This document shows, piece after piece, positions 45,666-56,814 of a stretch of 64,000 nt of DNA. The first letter of the stretch is position 1; each line of letters opens with the position of its first letter. The notes below the pieces were generated by a model. The model was not told the DNA's origin and did no database searches. It saw nothing but the letters and a program-made list of their open reading frames with translations. Origin of the DNA: Flavobacteriales bacterium. GTDB taxonomy: Bacteria > Bacteroidota > Bacteroidia > Flavobacteriales_D > Sanyastnellaceae. Position numbers and translations under genes: made by a program. Location: contig JAQWFN010000007.1 of assembly GCA_029238785.1 (NCBI GenBank), positions 3,497 to 67,496 of the forward strand, written 5' to 3'.

Positions 45666-46343
45666 ATGTATAACAGAAAAGAATTTAGAAACTACGCGGT
45701 TAATCACCGTGGCATTAACAGCGCCGCTTTCGACCACTATATTGAAAGCACTTATGGCCCTGAAAACATGACTAGAACGGTTATTGAAGAGCGAAACATG
45801 CCTTTTAGAGAGGTTGACGTTTTTTCTCGTTTGATGGCTGATCGAATCATTTTCCTTGGAACTGGAATTGATGACTATATCGCAAATATTATTCAAGCGC
45901 AATTGTTGTTCTTGGAATCGGTTGATGCGAATAAGGACATTCAAATTTACTTGAACTCTCCAGGAGGAAGCGTGTATGCTGGTTTAGGAATCTACGACAC
46001 CATGCAATACATTAAGCCTGATGTAGCAACCATCTGCACTGGTATGGCCGCTTCTATGGGAGCTGTCCTTCTCTGCGCAGGAGCTGCTGGAAAAAGAACT
46101 GGTTTGAAGCACAGTCGTGTGATGATTCACCAACCTCTTGGCGGTGCTCGCGGACAAGCTTCAGACATCGAAATTACAGCGCGTGAGATTCAAAAGTTGA
46201 AAAACGAACTCTACCATATTTTGGCTGAGCACAGTGGACAAAGCTTTGAAAAAATCTGGGAAGATTCAGATCGTGACTACTGGATGATCGCTCAAGAAGC
46301 CAAAGAATACGGAATGATTGATGAAGTGCTTGAGAAAAAATAA
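45666..46343 (+). CDS. clpP: ATP-dependent Clp protease proteolytic subunit
   Basis: The catalytic Ser region is GMAASMGA and the His region is RVMIHQP. Confidence 0.95.
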   Translation: MYNRKEFRNYAVNHRGINSAAFDHYIESTYGPENMTRTVIEERNMPFREVDVFSRLMADRIIFLGTGIDDYIANIIQAQLLFLESVDANKDIQIYLNSPGGSVYAGLGIYDTMQYIKPDVATICTGMAASMGAVLLCAGAAGKRTGLKHSRVMIHQPLGGARGQASDIEITAREIQKLKNELYHILAEHSGQSFEKIWEDSDRDYWMIAQEAKEYGMIDEVLEKK

Positions 46344-46390
46344 GCAATAGCTTCAAAACCAGCCATACAATAGAAAATCTTATCTTTGAA

Positions 46391-46418
46391 AGCCGCTTTA
46401 TTGCGGCTTTCTTTACTT
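46391..46418 (+). terminator. Weak terminator or attenuator between clpP and clpX
   Basis: AGCCGC (46391-46396) pairs with GCGGCT (46403-46408) and is followed by a T-rich tail. Confidence 0.45.
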
Positions 46419-46440
46419 TCAGTATAACTGACCTAGAATT

Positions 46441-47673
46441 ATGAGTGAAAAAAACATCAGCTGTTCATTTTGTGGACGAAAGAAAAGCGACGTAGATATT
46501 TTGATTGCTGGTATTACAGGACACATCTGTAACCATTGTATTGATCAAGCGAACAGCATTGTAAGAGAAGAATTGGCTCAAAAGTCAAACTCTAAAGTTG
46601 AAGCTTCTTTAACACTACAAAAGCCGAAAGACATCAAATTGTACCTTGATGAATACGTTATCGGTCAAAACGATGCTAAAAAAGTACTTAGCGTTGCCGT
46701 TTACAATCATTACAAAAGACTCCTTCAGCCTCAAGACAAAGAAGACGACGTTGAAATTGAAAAATCAAACATCGTTCTTGTGGGTGAAACGGGAACTGGA
46801 AAAACTCTTTTAGCTAAAACCATTGCTAAAATGCTTAACGTACCTTTCTGTATTGCCGATGCAACCATCCTCACAGAGGCAGGATATGTGGGTGAAGACG
46901 TTGAAAGTGTGCTTTCTCGTTTGCTCCAAGCCGCTGATTACGATGTTGCAGCCGCAGAAAGAGGCATCGTTTTTATTGATGAAATTGATAAAATCGCGCG
47001 TAAAAGCGATAATCCATCAATTACACGTGACGTTAGTGGTGAAGGTGTTCAGCAAGCTTTGCTGAAGCTTCTAGAAGGTTCTATCGTAAATGTCCCACCT
47101 CAAGGAGGAAGAAAGCACCCAGAACAGAAGCTGATTCAAGTGAATACCAAAAATGTACTGTTCGTTTGTGGTGGTGCGTTTAGTGGAATTGAAAAAATCA
47201 TCGAAAGAAGAATCAAGTCAACAAGTATCGGTTATGCTTCTTCAGGACAAAACATCGAAAATGAAGACAACCTGCTTTCGTATGTTTCACCTACAGACCT
47301 CAAAGGTTTCGGACTTATTCCTGAGTTGATTGGACGATTCCCTGTATTGACTCACCTCGACCCTTTGGATGGTGAAACATTGCTTCGTATCCTCACTGAA
47401 CCTAAAAACGCATTGATCAAACAATACGTACGCTTGTTCGAAATGGATAAGGTGAAACTTTCTTTCGATAAGAAAGTACTCGACTTTATTGTTGAGAAAG
47501 CCTTGGAATACAAGTTGGGTGCGCGTGGTTTGAGATCAATTTGTGAAGCCATCCTTACAGACGCCATGTTCGACGCACCAAGCGAAGATCACAAAGGAGA
47601 ATTGAAAATCACCTTAGATTATGCTCTAGAAAAGTTTGGCAAGTCGAAAATATCAAAGCTTAAAGTTGCATAA
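46441..47673 (+). CDS. clpX: ATP-dependent Clp protease ATP-binding subunit ClpX
   Basis: Zinc ribbon CSFCGR...CNHC, Walker A GETGTGKT and Walker [10 protein letters not shown] are present. Confidence 0.95.
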   Translation: MSEKNISCSFCGRKKSDVDILIAGITGHICNHCIDQANSIVREELAQKSNSKVEASLTLQKPKDIKLYLDEYVIGQNDAKKVLSVAVYNHYKRLLQPQDKEDDVEIEKSNIVLVGETGTGKTLLAKTIAKMLNVPFCIADATILTEAGYVGEDVESVLSRLLQAADYDVAAAERGIVFIDEIDKIARKSDNPSITRDVSGEGVQQALLKLLEGSIVNVPPQGGRKHPEQKLIQVNTKNVLFVCGGAFSGIEKIIERRIKSTSIGYASSGQNIENEDNLLSYVSPTDLKGFGLIPELIGRFPVLTHLDPLDGETLLRILTEPKNALIKQYVRLFEMDKVKLSFDKKVLDFIVEKALEYKLGARGLRSICEAILTDAMFDAPSEDHKGELKITLDYALEKFGKSKISKLKVA

Positions 47674-47786
47674 AACCCCTTTGTTGACAACCTGTTCATA
47701 AAGGCAAGTCTTCAAATATGGAATCCTGAAAGTGGTGTAGTAACTTTCAGCTGCGAATAACGATTATATATGATTTCTTTGCATTG

Positions 47787-47825
47787 CTGCCGACTTGGGA
47801 AACCTTGTCGGCAGTTTGCTATTTA
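47787..47825 (+). terminator. Terminator-like hairpin after clpX
   Basis: CTGCCGAC (47787-47794) pairs with GTCGGCAG (47807-47814) and is followed by TTTGCTATTT. It ends about 5 nt before the mutS ATG at 47831. Confidence 0.5.
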
Positions 47826-47830
47826 CTATC

Positions 47831-50461
47831 ATGGGAACTTCAAAAAACACCACTTCAGACAAAAGCCAAGTAAAGGAAACGCCGCTCATGAAGCAGTACA
47901 ACAGCATCAAGGCAAAATATCCTGATGCACTCTTGTTGTTTCGAGTTGGTGATTTCTACGAAACTTTTGGCGACGATGCTATTAGAGCCTCGAAGATCCT
48001 AGATATCGTGCTTACAAAAAGGAAAAATGGCGCTGCAGCTTATGTTGAACTTGCAGGATTTCCTCACCACAGTTTAGACACCTACCTTCCTAAGTTGGTT
48101 AGAGCAGGAAACAGAGTAGCCATTTGCGACCAGCTTGAAGATCCAAAACAAACAAAAACAATTGTAAAAAGAGGTGTAACCGAACTCGTTACTCCTGGAG
48201 TAAGCTACCACGACCAAGTGCTCAACACCAAAGCCAATAACTTCCTCGCAGCTGTAAGCCTTGATGGCGATCGCGCAGGAGTGGCTTTTCTAGATATCAG
48301 TACAGGTGAATTCATTATTTCAGAAGGAAATCTTGAAACCATAGATAAACTGCTTCAAGGATTTCAACCGAGCGAAGTGCTCTTTCAAAAGCAAAAAACT
48401 CAGGCTTTTGAAGTCGCCTTTGGAAATAAGTTTCACACCTTCCGCTTGGAAGATTGGGCCTTTCAATATGATTTCGCTGAAGAAACTTTGCAAAAACAAT
48501 TTGGCACCAACTCCCTGAAAGGATTTGGTGTAGCCGAATTGCACCTAGGAATTATCGCAGCTGGAGCAGCGATGTACTACCTCGAAGAAACCAAACACCT
48601 CCAAACAGCGCACATTCAGTCTATCGCAAGAATAGAAGAAGACAAATATGTTTGGCTCGATCGTTTCACTATTCGCAATCTCGAGCTCATCCATAGTCCT
48701 CACCAAGATGCAACAACCCTCTTGGATGTTATCGATGAGACCGTATCTCCAATGGGTGCTCGTTTGATTAGACGATGGCTCGTATTGCCCTTAAAAGAAC
48801 TGGATGCTATTCAATTTCGCTTAAATGCCTTAAGCCATTTCAAAGAAAATACGGAGCTGGCCGATCGCATTTCAAGAGAGCTGAAAAGCATGGGCGACCT
48901 CGAGCGCTTGATCTCAAAAGCAGCAGCAAGGAGAATTAGTCCAAGAGAAGTAGTTCAACTGGGCAGAGCCCTTAAAAGCATCGGCCCAATTAAAACCGCT
49001 TGCGAAGCTGCAAATGCTGAAGAGATAAAGACCCTCGCAGGCCGATTGAACCCTTGCGACGACCTTCGTGAAAGGATCGAAACACAAGTTAAAGAAGATG
49101 CCCCTCACCTACTTCATAAAGGAGGCGTTATTGCCGCTGGTGTAGATGCCGATTTAGATGAGTTGCGCGGACTAGCTTATAAAGCCAAAGACATCTTGGT
49201 TCAAATACAACTGAGAGAACAAGAGCTTACTGGGATACCTTCGCTTAAAATCGCCTACAACAATGTTTTTGGATATTACCTCGAAGTGCGCAATGCTCAT
49301 AAAGATAAGGTTCCAGAAACATGGATTCGGAAACAAACATTAACCCAAGCAGAGCGCTACATCACAGAAGAACTCAAAGAGCTTGAAAGTAAAATCCTAG
49401 GAGCCGAAGAAAAAATTGCTGCAATTGAGTCTCGTTTGTACAATGAACTTGTTGAAGTGATTGCTCAAAGTGTTAGTCCCGTTCAGAAAAATGCTCAAAT
49501 CCTAGCGCAACTTGATTGCTTGATTTCTCTCGCCTTGATTGCCGAGAAATACAACTACGTGAAGCCAACTTTGCATTTGGGCTATGAGATCGAAATTAAA
49601 GGCGGTAGGCACCCCGTAATTGAACAGCACCTTCCTTTAGGGGAAAGCTATGTTTCTAACGATGTTACCCTGAATCAAGATGAGCAACAGATCATCATGA
49701 TCACTGGTCCAAACATGAGCGGTAAATCAGCTTTGCTCCGCCAAACAGCCCTCATTTCTTTAATGGCTCAAATGGGAAGCTTCGTGCCCGCTGAAGAAGC
49801 GAATTTAGGTTTGGTTGATAAGGTGTTCACACGAGTTGGGGCTTCGGATAACATTTCAAGTGGCGAATCTACCTTCATGGTTGAAATGAACGAAACAGCG
49901 TCGATTTTGAACAACCTGTCTGACCGCAGCCTTGTTATTTTGGATGAAATCGGTAGAGGAACAAGCACATACGATGGTATTTCCATAGCGTGGGCCATTG
50001 CAGAATACCTGCATGAACACCCAAAAGCTCGAGCGAAAACCTTGTTTGCCACGCATTATCACGAGTTGAATGAAATGAGCGCTCAATTTACCCGAATTAA
50101 AAACTTTAATGTTTCTGTTCGCGAAGTGAAAGGGAAAATCATTTTCTTAAGAAAGCTCATACCTGGAGGGAGCAACCACAGCTTTGGTATTCATGTGGCG
50201 AAATTGGCGGGAATGCCAAAACAAGTTATTGGCCGAGCCGAGCACGTGCTCAAACAACTCGAAAAATCGCACAGCAGTGACCTTTCAAATGAGATGAAAG
50301 CCATCGAAAAAAGCGACGATCTGCAATTGAGCTTCTTTCAATTGGATGATCCCGTCTTGATGGGAATAAAAGACGAGTTGATTCGCACAGACATCAATAC
50401 TTTAACCCCAGTGGAAGCTTTGATGAAGCTGAATGAAATCAAAAAAATGGTTGGTGGTTAA
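47831..50461 (+). CDS. mutS: DNA mismatch repair protein MutS
   Basis: TPLMKQY at the N-terminus, Walker A GPNMSGKS and [12 protein letters not shown] are present. The ATG at 47831 is preferred because the track's TTG start at 47795 lies inside the clpX terminator hairpin. Confidence 0.95.
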   Translation: MGTSKNTTSDKSQVKETPLMKQYNSIKAKYPDALLLFRVGDFYETFGDDAIRASKILDIVLTKRKNGAAAYVELAGFPHHSLDTYLPKLVRAGNRVAICDQLEDPKQTKTIVKRGVTELVTPGVSYHDQVLNTKANNFLAAVSLDGDRAGVAFLDISTGEFIISEGNLETIDKLLQGFQPSEVLFQKQKTQAFEVAFGNKFHTFRLEDWAFQYDFAEETLQKQFGTNSLKGFGVAELHLGIIAAGAAMYYLEETKHLQTAHIQSIARIEEDKYVWLDRFTIRNLELIHSPHQDATTLLDVIDETVSPMGARLIRRWLVLPLKELDAIQFRLNALSHFKENTELADRISRELKSMGDLERLISKAAARRISPREVVQLGRALKSIGPIKTACEAANAEEIKTLAGRLNPCDDLRERIETQVKEDAPHLLHKGGVIAAGVDADLDELRGLAYKAKDILVQIQLREQELTGIPSLKIAYNNVFGYYLEVRNAHKDKVPETWIRKQTLTQAERYITEELKELESKILGAEEKIAAIESRLYNELVEVIAQSVSPVQKNAQILAQLDCLISLALIAEKYNYVKPTLHLGYEIEIKGGRHPVIEQHLPLGESYVSNDVTLNQDEQQIIMITGPNMSGKSALLRQTALISLMAQMGSFVPAEEANLGLVDKVFTRVGASDNISSGESTFMVEMNETASILNNLSDRSLVILDEIGRGTSTYDGISIAWAIAEYLHEHPKARAKTLFATHYHELNEMSAQFTRIKNFNVSVREVKGKIIFLRKLIPGGSNHSFGIHVAKLAGMPKQVIGRAEHVLKQLEKSHSSDLSNEMKAIEKSDDLQLSFFQLDDPVLMGIKDELIRTDINTLTPVEALMKLNEIKKMVGG

Positions 50462-51678
50462 AATGCGGGAAAAAGCAAATCAATAGGTTTGTATGGAAGA
50501 CCGAAAGCCTCTCCAATAATCTCATTGGTTAGTGTGCCTCGGTAAAGATAAACACCGTCTCTTAAACCTTTGTTCTTCTTAATCATCCCGGCAAAACCTC
50601 CGTCTTCACCCATAGAAATAAGAATGGGCGCAAAGATATTGCTCAAGGCCTGACTTGCCGTTCTACTTACTCTGGAAGCAACGTTTGGCACGCAATAATG
50701 AATTACGCCGTACTCCTTGTAGGTTGGATTGTCATGCGATGTGATGCGTGAAGTTTCGCAGCAACCACCTTGATCAATACTGATATCGACAATGACAGAA
50801 CCGTATTTCATTTTGCTCACCATCTCTTCAGTAACCACACATGGGGTTCTTCCAAAAGGTGCTCTTAATGCTCCAATCACTACATCGGCTGTTGTTAATG
50901 ATTGCTCTAATTCTTTCGGTTGAATGGTTGAGGTCCACAAACGCAAGCCCAAATCATTTTGAATACGGCGAAGCTTGTAGATGTTGTTATCGAAAAGACG
51001 CACGTTTGCTCCAAGACCTAGAGCTGCTCTAGTGGCAAACTCTCCAACGGTTCCTGCTCCGAGGATGACTACTTCGGTAGGCTTAACCCCAGAGATACCC
51101 CCAAACATCAATCCTTGGCCTGCATTTGCATTAGAAAGGTACTCTGCTGCAATGAGCACTGATGTGTTTCCAGCAATTTCTCCCATAGCGCGAACAACAG
51201 GAAAGATACCTGTCTCGTCTTTGAAGTAATCCCAAGCTACAGCCGAAATCTTCTTGGCCATCATCATTTTCAAGGAATCCACCGGTTGGGCGGTAAGCTG
51301 CAAGGCCGAAAGCAAGGTTTGATTGCCGGGCATCATCTTCACCTCTTCAAAAGATGGAGGCGAAACCTTAAGAATAAGATTGGCCTTGAAAACATCCTCT
51401 GTGCGATAAACAATTTGTGCTCCTGCTTCGCTGTAATCGCGATTATCGAAACTGGCTTCTTTTCCTGCTTCGTTTTCAACAACCACCTCATGGCCTCTAC
51501 TCACCAATAAAGCAACTGCTTCAGGACTTAAAGCAACACGTTTTTCTTGGTATGAAGTTTCTTTGGGAATGCCGATGATTAAACGCTCTTCGCTCTTTCG
51601 AACAGCTACCAATTCCTCCTTGGGCAATAATGCGGCCTCTTGCGCTAAGGCCCTAATGGCTTCTTTCTTGTTATCCAT
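50458..51678 (-). CDS. ald: Alanine dehydrogenase family protein (AlaDH/PNT fold)
   Basis: 406 aa with Rossmann motif [10 protein letters not shown] and an N-terminal AlaDH/PNT domain. Substrate specificity is not provable from the sequence. Confidence 0.75.
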   Translation of the reverse strand: MDNKKEAIRALAQEAALLPKEELVAVRKSEERLIIGIPKETSYQEKRVALSPEAVALLVSRGHEVVVENEAGKEASFDNRDYSEAGAQIVYRTEDVFKANLILKVSPPSFEEVKMMPGNQTLLSALQLTAQPVDSLKMMMAKKISAVAWDYFKDETGIFPVVRAMGEIAGNTSVLIAAEYLSNANAGQGLMFGGISGVKPTEVVILGAGTVGEFATRAALGLGANVRLFDNNIYKLRRIQNDLGLRLWTSTIQPKELEQSLTTADVVIGALRAPFGRTPCVVTEEMVSKMKYGSVIVDISIDQGGCCETSRITSHDNPTYKEYGVIHYCVPNVASRVSRTASQALSNIFAPILISMGEDGGFAGMIKKNKGLRDGVYLYRGTLTNEIIGEAFGLPYKPIDLLFPAF

Positions 51679-51722
51679 CGACTACAGCTTTTGCATGCTG
51701 TCCGAAGATACGAATTCATCCA

Positions 51723-52136
51723 TCAAAAACTTAAGATAAATTTTCGTTCTTCTTCATTCAATACTTCAATCTGAAGTAGGGGCGATTGATCATCAAGGAT
51801 GGACGGCAATCGCTCTGGCCACTCCATCAAGCATAAACCTGGACCATCCAAGTATTCTTCTATTCCAAGATCCATCGCTTCATCTTCATCTTCAAGACGA
51901 TAAAAATCAAAATGGTAAACCAAGCGATCGCCCTTATACTCGTTCACAATGGAGTAAGTCGGACTGCTCACCTCATCAATGCCTAATTCATGACAAACTT
52001 TTGAAATGAAGCTTGTTTTTCCAGCGCCCATTTCTGCTTCAAAACGAACATTTGCATCAAGTGGAAGTGCCGCTAAGAAAACCTCAGCAAAACGGCTCAA
52101 GTCATCCACACCGCTCGAATGGTAAGTCAAAACCAT
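51723..52136 (-). CDS. tsaE: tRNA threonylcarbamoyladenosine biosynthesis protein TsaE
   Basis: 137 aa with P-loop GAGKTSF and the SPTYSIVNEY motif. Confidence 0.85.
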   Translation of the reverse strand: MVLTYHSSGVDDLSRFAEVFLAALPLDANVRFEAEMGAGKTSFISKVCHELGIDEVSSPTYSIVNEYKGDRLVYHFDFYRLEDEDEAMDLGIEEYLDGPGLCLMEWPERLPSILDDQSPLLQIEVLNEEERKFILSF

Positions 52137-52145
52137 GGCCCACTC

Positions 52146-53705
52146 TTATTTTGATTGTAATATGATAAACGGAATAAGCACTTCTTCCATTGACACGCCT
52201 CCGTGTTGAAAGGTGTTTTTGTAATAGTTGACGAAGTGGTTATAATTGTTTGGATACACAAAGAAATCGTTGTCCGTAGCGAAAATAAAACTACTACTCA
52301 CGTTTTGTTTTGGTAAGAAAGCATCTCTCGGATCTCTAATCTCAAAAACATCTTTGGCATTATAATCCAGGTTCCGTCCAGTTTTATAGCGGAGGTTGGT
52401 ATTGGTGTTTCGATCGCCAACAACCTTCACTGCTTGATCTACCTTCACCGTCCCATGATCAGTGGTAATAGCCACTTTAGCACCTTGACTTGCCATGATT
52501 TTCATCATTTCCAACAAGGGGCTATGATCGAACCAACTTGATGTAATCGATCTATATGCACTTTCGTCATCAGCCAATTCTTTAATCACTTCCATCTCCG
52601 TTCTAGCGTGAGAAAGCATGTCAACAAAATTGTAAACGATCACATTCAGATCGTTGTTCTGCAACTGGTGGAAATTATCGAGCAAGCGTTTTCCAGCATT
52701 GAGGTTGGTAATTTTATGATAGCTCTTCGACACATCCAAGCCCATTCTTTTGAGGTTGGCTTCCAAGAAATGCTCCTCTGCTAAATTCTTTCCTCCTTCG
52801 TCTTCTTCGTTTTTCCACTCATTCGGGAACAATTTTGCCATTTCACTCGGCATTAAACCTGAGAAAAGGGCATTTCTAGCGTAATGAGTAGCTGTAGGAA
52901 GAATACTATAAAACATCTTTTCCTCCTCCACTCTGAATAAATCAGCAATTTTAGGCTGAATGGTTTTCCATTGGTCGTATCGCAAGTTATCAATCACAAT
53001 GAGGTACACCTTTTCACCGGGCTTTTCCTTCATCATGGGTGCGAGCCATGTTTTCAGAAGGGTGTGCGACATTACCGGCGCTTCATCAACCCCATTGACC
53101 CAGTTCAGGTAATTTTGTTTGATCGACTTCGAGAATTGACGATTGGCTTCCGACTTCTGCATCGCCAAAATCTCCTCCATTCCTTTATCATCAGAGCGAT
53201 CCATTTCTAAATCCCAATACACCAATTTACGATAGAGCTCACACCATTCTTCATGGTCGAGACGATCCATTAAACGCATCCCAATTTGCTGAAACTCTCT
53301 TTGGTAACCAGAGTTGGTTTTTTCGCTTACCAATCGTCGTTCATCCAAGTTTTTCTTAACCGAAAGTAAAATCTGGTTTGGATTCACTGGTTTGATGAGG
53401 TAATCGGAGATTTTCGACCCTATGGCCTCTTCCATAATGGACTCTTCCTCACTCTTGGTAATCATGATAACTGGGAGACTTCCATCAAGTTCTTTGATCT
53501 TTTGTAGCGTTTCCAAACCGCTCAGACCAGGCATGTTTTCATCCAGAAAAACGATATCAAAGTAATGCTCATCCACTTGATCAATGGCTTCGTTTCCGCT
53601 ACACACCGTTGTTACTTCGTAGCCTTTTGCTTCTAAAAAAAGAACGTGGGGTTTCAATAAATCAATTTCATCATCAGCCCAAAGAATCCTTACTTTATTT
53701 GTCAT
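52146..53705 (-). CDS. porX: PorX-like response regulator (CheY receiver plus PglZ/alkaline-phosphatase-superfamily domain)
   Basis: The ATG at 53705 gives MTNKVRILWADDE. The receiver Asp region is IVFLDENMPG. The C-terminal ~380 aa is PglZ-like (IVIDNLRYDQW ... TDHG). Confidence 0.8.
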   Translation of the reverse strand: MTNKVRILWADDEIDLLKPHVLFLEAKGYEVTTVCSGNEAIDQVDEHYFDIVFLDENMPGLSGLETLQKIKELDGSLPVIMITKSEEESIMEEAIGSKISDYLIKPVNPNQILLSVKKNLDERRLVSEKTNSGYQREFQQIGMRLMDRLDHEEWCELYRKLVYWDLEMDRSDDKGMEEILAMQKSEANRQFSKSIKQNYLNWVNGVDEAPVMSHTLLKTWLAPMMKEKPGEKVYLIVIDNLRYDQWKTIQPKIADLFRVEEEKMFYSILPTATHYARNALFSGLMPSEMAKLFPNEWKNEEDEGGKNLAEEHFLEANLKRMGLDVSKSYHKITNLNAGKRLLDNFHQLQNNDLNVIVYNFVDMLSHARTEMEVIKELADDESAYRSITSSWFDHSPLLEMMKIMASQGAKVAITTDHGTVKVDQAVKVVGDRNTNTNLRYKTGRNLDYNAKDVFEIRDPRDAFLPKQNVSSSFIFATDNDFFVYPNNYNHFVNYYKNTFQHGGVSMEEVLIPFIILQSK

Positions 53706-53789
53706 TGTAGTGCTATTTTTCACAGGTCTTAAGTCGGTCTTCATTGTCAATACGTATCTTTGACCGTCCTGCACAAAGAAACGTAAAGA

Positions 53790-55082
53790 ATGCTGATTTC
53801 GTGTAGCAAACTGAGATTAACCTTGAATGATTTGAACGGAAACACACAAAACAAATACAAGATCTTAAATGATCCTGTTTACGGATTTATCACTTTGCGT
53901 CATTCGATCCTTCTCGATGTCATCGACCACCCCTACTTTCAGCGACTTAGAAGAATTAGTCAGCTCGGACTTTCTCACCTCGTTTATCCTGGTGCCTTGC
54001 ACAACCGTTTTCATCATGCCATAGGTGCAATGCACTTGATGCAACACGCTATTGATGAAATTCGACAGAAAGGACATGAAATTACACATGAGGAGTCACG
54101 AGCTGTTAGTTTAGCCATCCTGCTCCACGATATTGGTCACGGACCATTTTCCCACGCTTTGGAACACAGTATTGTTAGTGGGGTGAGTCATGAAGACATT
54201 AGCGTATTCATCATGAACCGTCTGAATGAAGAGTTCGATGGTGCCTTAGACATGGCAATTGAGATTTTTAATGATCATTACGAAAAGCGCTTTTTGCATC
54301 AATTGGTATCTAGCCAGCTCGATATGGACCGCCTTGATTACTTGAGAAGGGATAGTTTTTACTCAGGGGTAACTGAAGGACAAGTGAGTAGTGAAAGAAT
54401 CATCAAAATGCTGAACGTTAGCGATGATCAATTGGTGGTTGAAGAAAAAGGCATCTATTCCATCGAAAAATTCATCGTAGCTCGTCGTTTAATGTACTGG
54501 CAGGTTTACCTCCATAAAACGGTGCTAAGTGCTGAATTTATGTTGGTGAACATCTTGAAAAGAGCTAAGGAGTTAAGTTCGCGTGGTGTGGATTTATTCG
54601 CTTCCCCTGCACTTTCTTTTTTTCTGCGTGAAGACATTAGCAAGGAAGAATTTTTATCGAATCCTGATGTACTTGAACGCTTTTGTCAGCTAGACGATTA
54701 CGACATCACCGGTGCCATTAAAGTTTGGGCGAGCCATGAAGACCGGGTGTTGAGCATCTTGAGTTCGAGCTTAGTTAGCCGCAAACTATTTCGCATCAAA
54801 CTTCAAAGTGAAGCTTTTAAGGCCAGCACTCGCGGGGAGATCATAGAAGAAATCAAGCGCAAGTATGATTTTAATGATGAAGAGGCCAAGTACTTTGTAA
54901 TTCAGGAGCAAATTGACAACAAAGCTTACAGCACGGCAGCTCAGAACATCAAGATAAAATACAAAGATGGAAGCTTGAAAGATGTTGCAATGGCCTCAGA
55001 CCATTTGAACTTACAATCCTTATCTGAGGTCGTGGAGAAGCACTTTATGTGCTTCCCCAAAGACCTAGATATAAAACTTTAG
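53790..55082 (+). CDS. HD-domain phosphohydrolase (COG1078 / SAMHD1-like dNTPase family)
   Basis: RFHHAIGAMHL and LLHDIGHGPFSH motifs are present. The start is uncertain: ATG at 53790 or TTG at 53832, which gives MNGNTQNKYKILNDPVYGF. Confidence 0.8.
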   Translation: MLISCSKLRLTLNDLNGNTQNKYKILNDPVYGFITLRHSILLDVIDHPYFQRLRRISQLGLSHLVYPGALHNRFHHAIGAMHLMQHAIDEIRQKGHEITHEESRAVSLAILLHDIGHGPFSHALEHSIVSGVSHEDISVFIMNRLNEEFDGALDMAIEIFNDHYEKRFLHQLVSSQLDMDRLDYLRRDSFYSGVTEGQVSSERIIKMLNVSDDQLVVEEKGIYSIEKFIVARRLMYWQVYLHKTVLSAEFMLVNILKRAKELSSRGVDLFASPALSFFLREDISKEEFLSNPDVLERFCQLDDYDITGAIKVWASHEDRVLSILSSSLVSRKLFRIKLQSEAFKASTRGEIIEEIKRKYDFNDEEAKYFVIQEQIDNKAYSTAAQNIKIKYKDGSLKDVAMASDHLNLQSLSEVVEKHFMCFPKDLDIKL

Positions 55083-56629
55083 AAGATGATTTCTTCACCT
55101 GCCTCACCAAAGAGGTGGTGCTCTAAAAACTCAAGGGCACTGTCGCCTTTGAGCGAAATGGAAAGTTTGTACTTCTTTCTCCATTTTTTGATGATCGACG
55201 TGAAGAGCCCTTTTGTAAGATAGGCTTCCACCATAGGGTGAACGATCATAGAAACTTTTTTGTGCTTTCCGTCTTCTGCGACGAATCTGATAGCACTCTC
55301 TAAATTATCTGTAAACAACAAGGGAGCTTCTACTACTCCTTTACCGTCGCATGACGGGCACTTTTCTTGTGTTTTAATATTGGTTACCTCGCGCACTCTT
55401 TGGCGAGTAATTTCTACCACACCAAATTTACTTGGCGGTAGAATGTTGTGCTTTGCTTTATCGTTTTTCATGGCCTCTTTCAAGGCTTCAAACAATTGGC
55501 GCTGATTAGCCCTATCGTGCATGTCGATAAAGTCGATACAAATAATCCCACCCATATCGCGCAGTCTGAGGATTCTTGCGATTTCCTCGGCGCATTCTAG
55601 GTTGGTTTGTAAAGCATTTTCTTCTTGGTTCTTCACTCCTCCTTTTCGCCCACCAGAATTCACGTCAATAACGTGCATTGCTTCGGTGTGTTCAATAATG
55701 AGGTAGGCACCACTTTTAAGATTCACTTGCTTCCCAAAAATAGCCTTGATCTGTCTATGTAAGCCCATTGTATCGAATAGATCATTGGATTTAACATAGC
55801 GCACAATGCTTTCTTTGTCTGGAGCGATGGTCTTTAAGTACGAGCGAATTTCACCCGCAACGGCCTCGTCATTAACATGAATGGCAGAAAAGTCTGGCGT
55901 GAGTAGGTCGCGCAGAATAGTATTGGTTTTATTTAATTCACCAAGTACTCTGTGCGTTGGTTTGGCTGTTTTGAGATTCTTGTATAAGATTCCCCAACGA
56001 TCAACCAGGTCTTGAAGATCAGCATGTAAGTCAGCTGCCCCTTTATTTTCGGCAACTGTTCGAACGATGATTCCGAATCCGGGCGGACGAATACTCTTCA
56101 TCAGCCTTTTGAGACGTTCACGTTCTTCATCACTCTTAATTCGCTGTGAGAGCGAAATTTTGCTTGAAAATGGTACCAAAACAACATATCGACCAGGGAT
56201 GGTCAATTCTGCTGTTAACCTTGGGCCTTTCGCAGAGATTGGCTCTTTCGCAACCTGAACAAGAATTTGTTGGCTGCTCGAAAGCTGATCTTTGATTTTC
56301 CCTCCTTTATCAATGTCTGCTTGCATTTTAAAATCGGTGAGTTCCGGATTAGCTTGTTGTCCGGCCATCACGCGTTTTGCGTACAAACGTTGTGAGGAAA
56401 ATTGGGCTCCTAGGTCGAGGTAATGCAAAAATGCATCACGTTCGTAGCCAACATCAACGAAAGCGGCGTTCAAACTAGGAATTACTTTACGTACTTTCCC
56501 TAGGTAAACGTCGCCAACGGCATACTGATGATTGGCTTGCTCTTGGTGAAGTTCAACGAGTAACTTATCATGCAATAGTGCGATCTCCACACCATTTTTG
56601 GTCGTATTTATTACGAGCTCGCTATTCAC
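55079..56629 (-). CDS. rng: Rne/Rng-family ribonuclease (RNase G-like)
   Basis: 516 aa with an S1 domain (VGDVYLGKVRKVIPSLNAAFVDVG) and a catalytic DVNSGG region. Confidence 0.9.
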   Translation of the reverse strand: MNSELVINTTKNGVEIALLHDKLLVELHQEQANHQYAVGDVYLGKVRKVIPSLNAAFVDVGYERDAFLHYLDLGAQFSSQRLYAKRVMAGQQANPELTDFKMQADIDKGGKIKDQLSSSQQILVQVAKEPISAKGPRLTAELTIPGRYVVLVPFSSKISLSQRIKSDEERERLKRLMKSIRPPGFGIIVRTVAENKGAADLHADLQDLVDRWGILYKNLKTAKPTHRVLGELNKTNTILRDLLTPDFSAIHVNDEAVAGEIRSYLKTIAPDKESIVRYVKSNDLFDTMGLHRQIKAIFGKQVNLKSGAYLIIEHTEAMHVIDVNSGGRKGGVKNQEENALQTNLECAEEIARILRLRDMGGIICIDFIDMHDRANQRQLFEALKEAMKNDKAKHNILPPSKFGVVEITRQRVREVTNIKTQEKCPSCDGKGVVEAPLLFTDNLESAIRFVAEDGKHKKVSMIVHPMVEAYLTKGLFTSIIKKWRKKYKLSISLKGDSALEFLEHHLFGEAGEEIIF

Positions 56630-56710
56630 ACTTTTCGCATTAGAGCAACTAAAACAGGACGGAACTTTTCACGTCCAATACTGCATTAGCAGCTTCAGGA
56701 AAAAGAAGTA

Positions 56711-56803
56711 TTATTTCTTCTTCTTGTGTCTGTTTTTACGAAGTCTTTTTTTACGCTTGTGCGTGGCCATCTTATGGCGCTTGCGTTTTTTTCCGCTTGG
56801 CAT
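56711..56803 (-). CDS. 30-aa highly basic protein, ribosomal protein bS22-like (AURKAIP1/COX24-domain family)
   Basis: My own translation gives MPSGKKRKRHKMATHKRKKRLRKNRHKKKK*. It is too short for the ORF track. It sits between the TPR gene and rng on the same strand, and the sequence pattern matches the small conserved Bacteroidota protein as I recall it. Confidence 0.7.
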   Translation of the reverse strand: MPSGKKRKRHKMATHKRKKRLRKNRHKKKK

Positions 56804-56814
56804 AGGATTGATTT

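Noticed and set aside
47795-47830. An upstream TTG start for mutS.
   Set aside because: That segment forms the 8-bp terminator-like hairpin after clpX. The ATG at 47831 gives a conventional MutS N-terminus.
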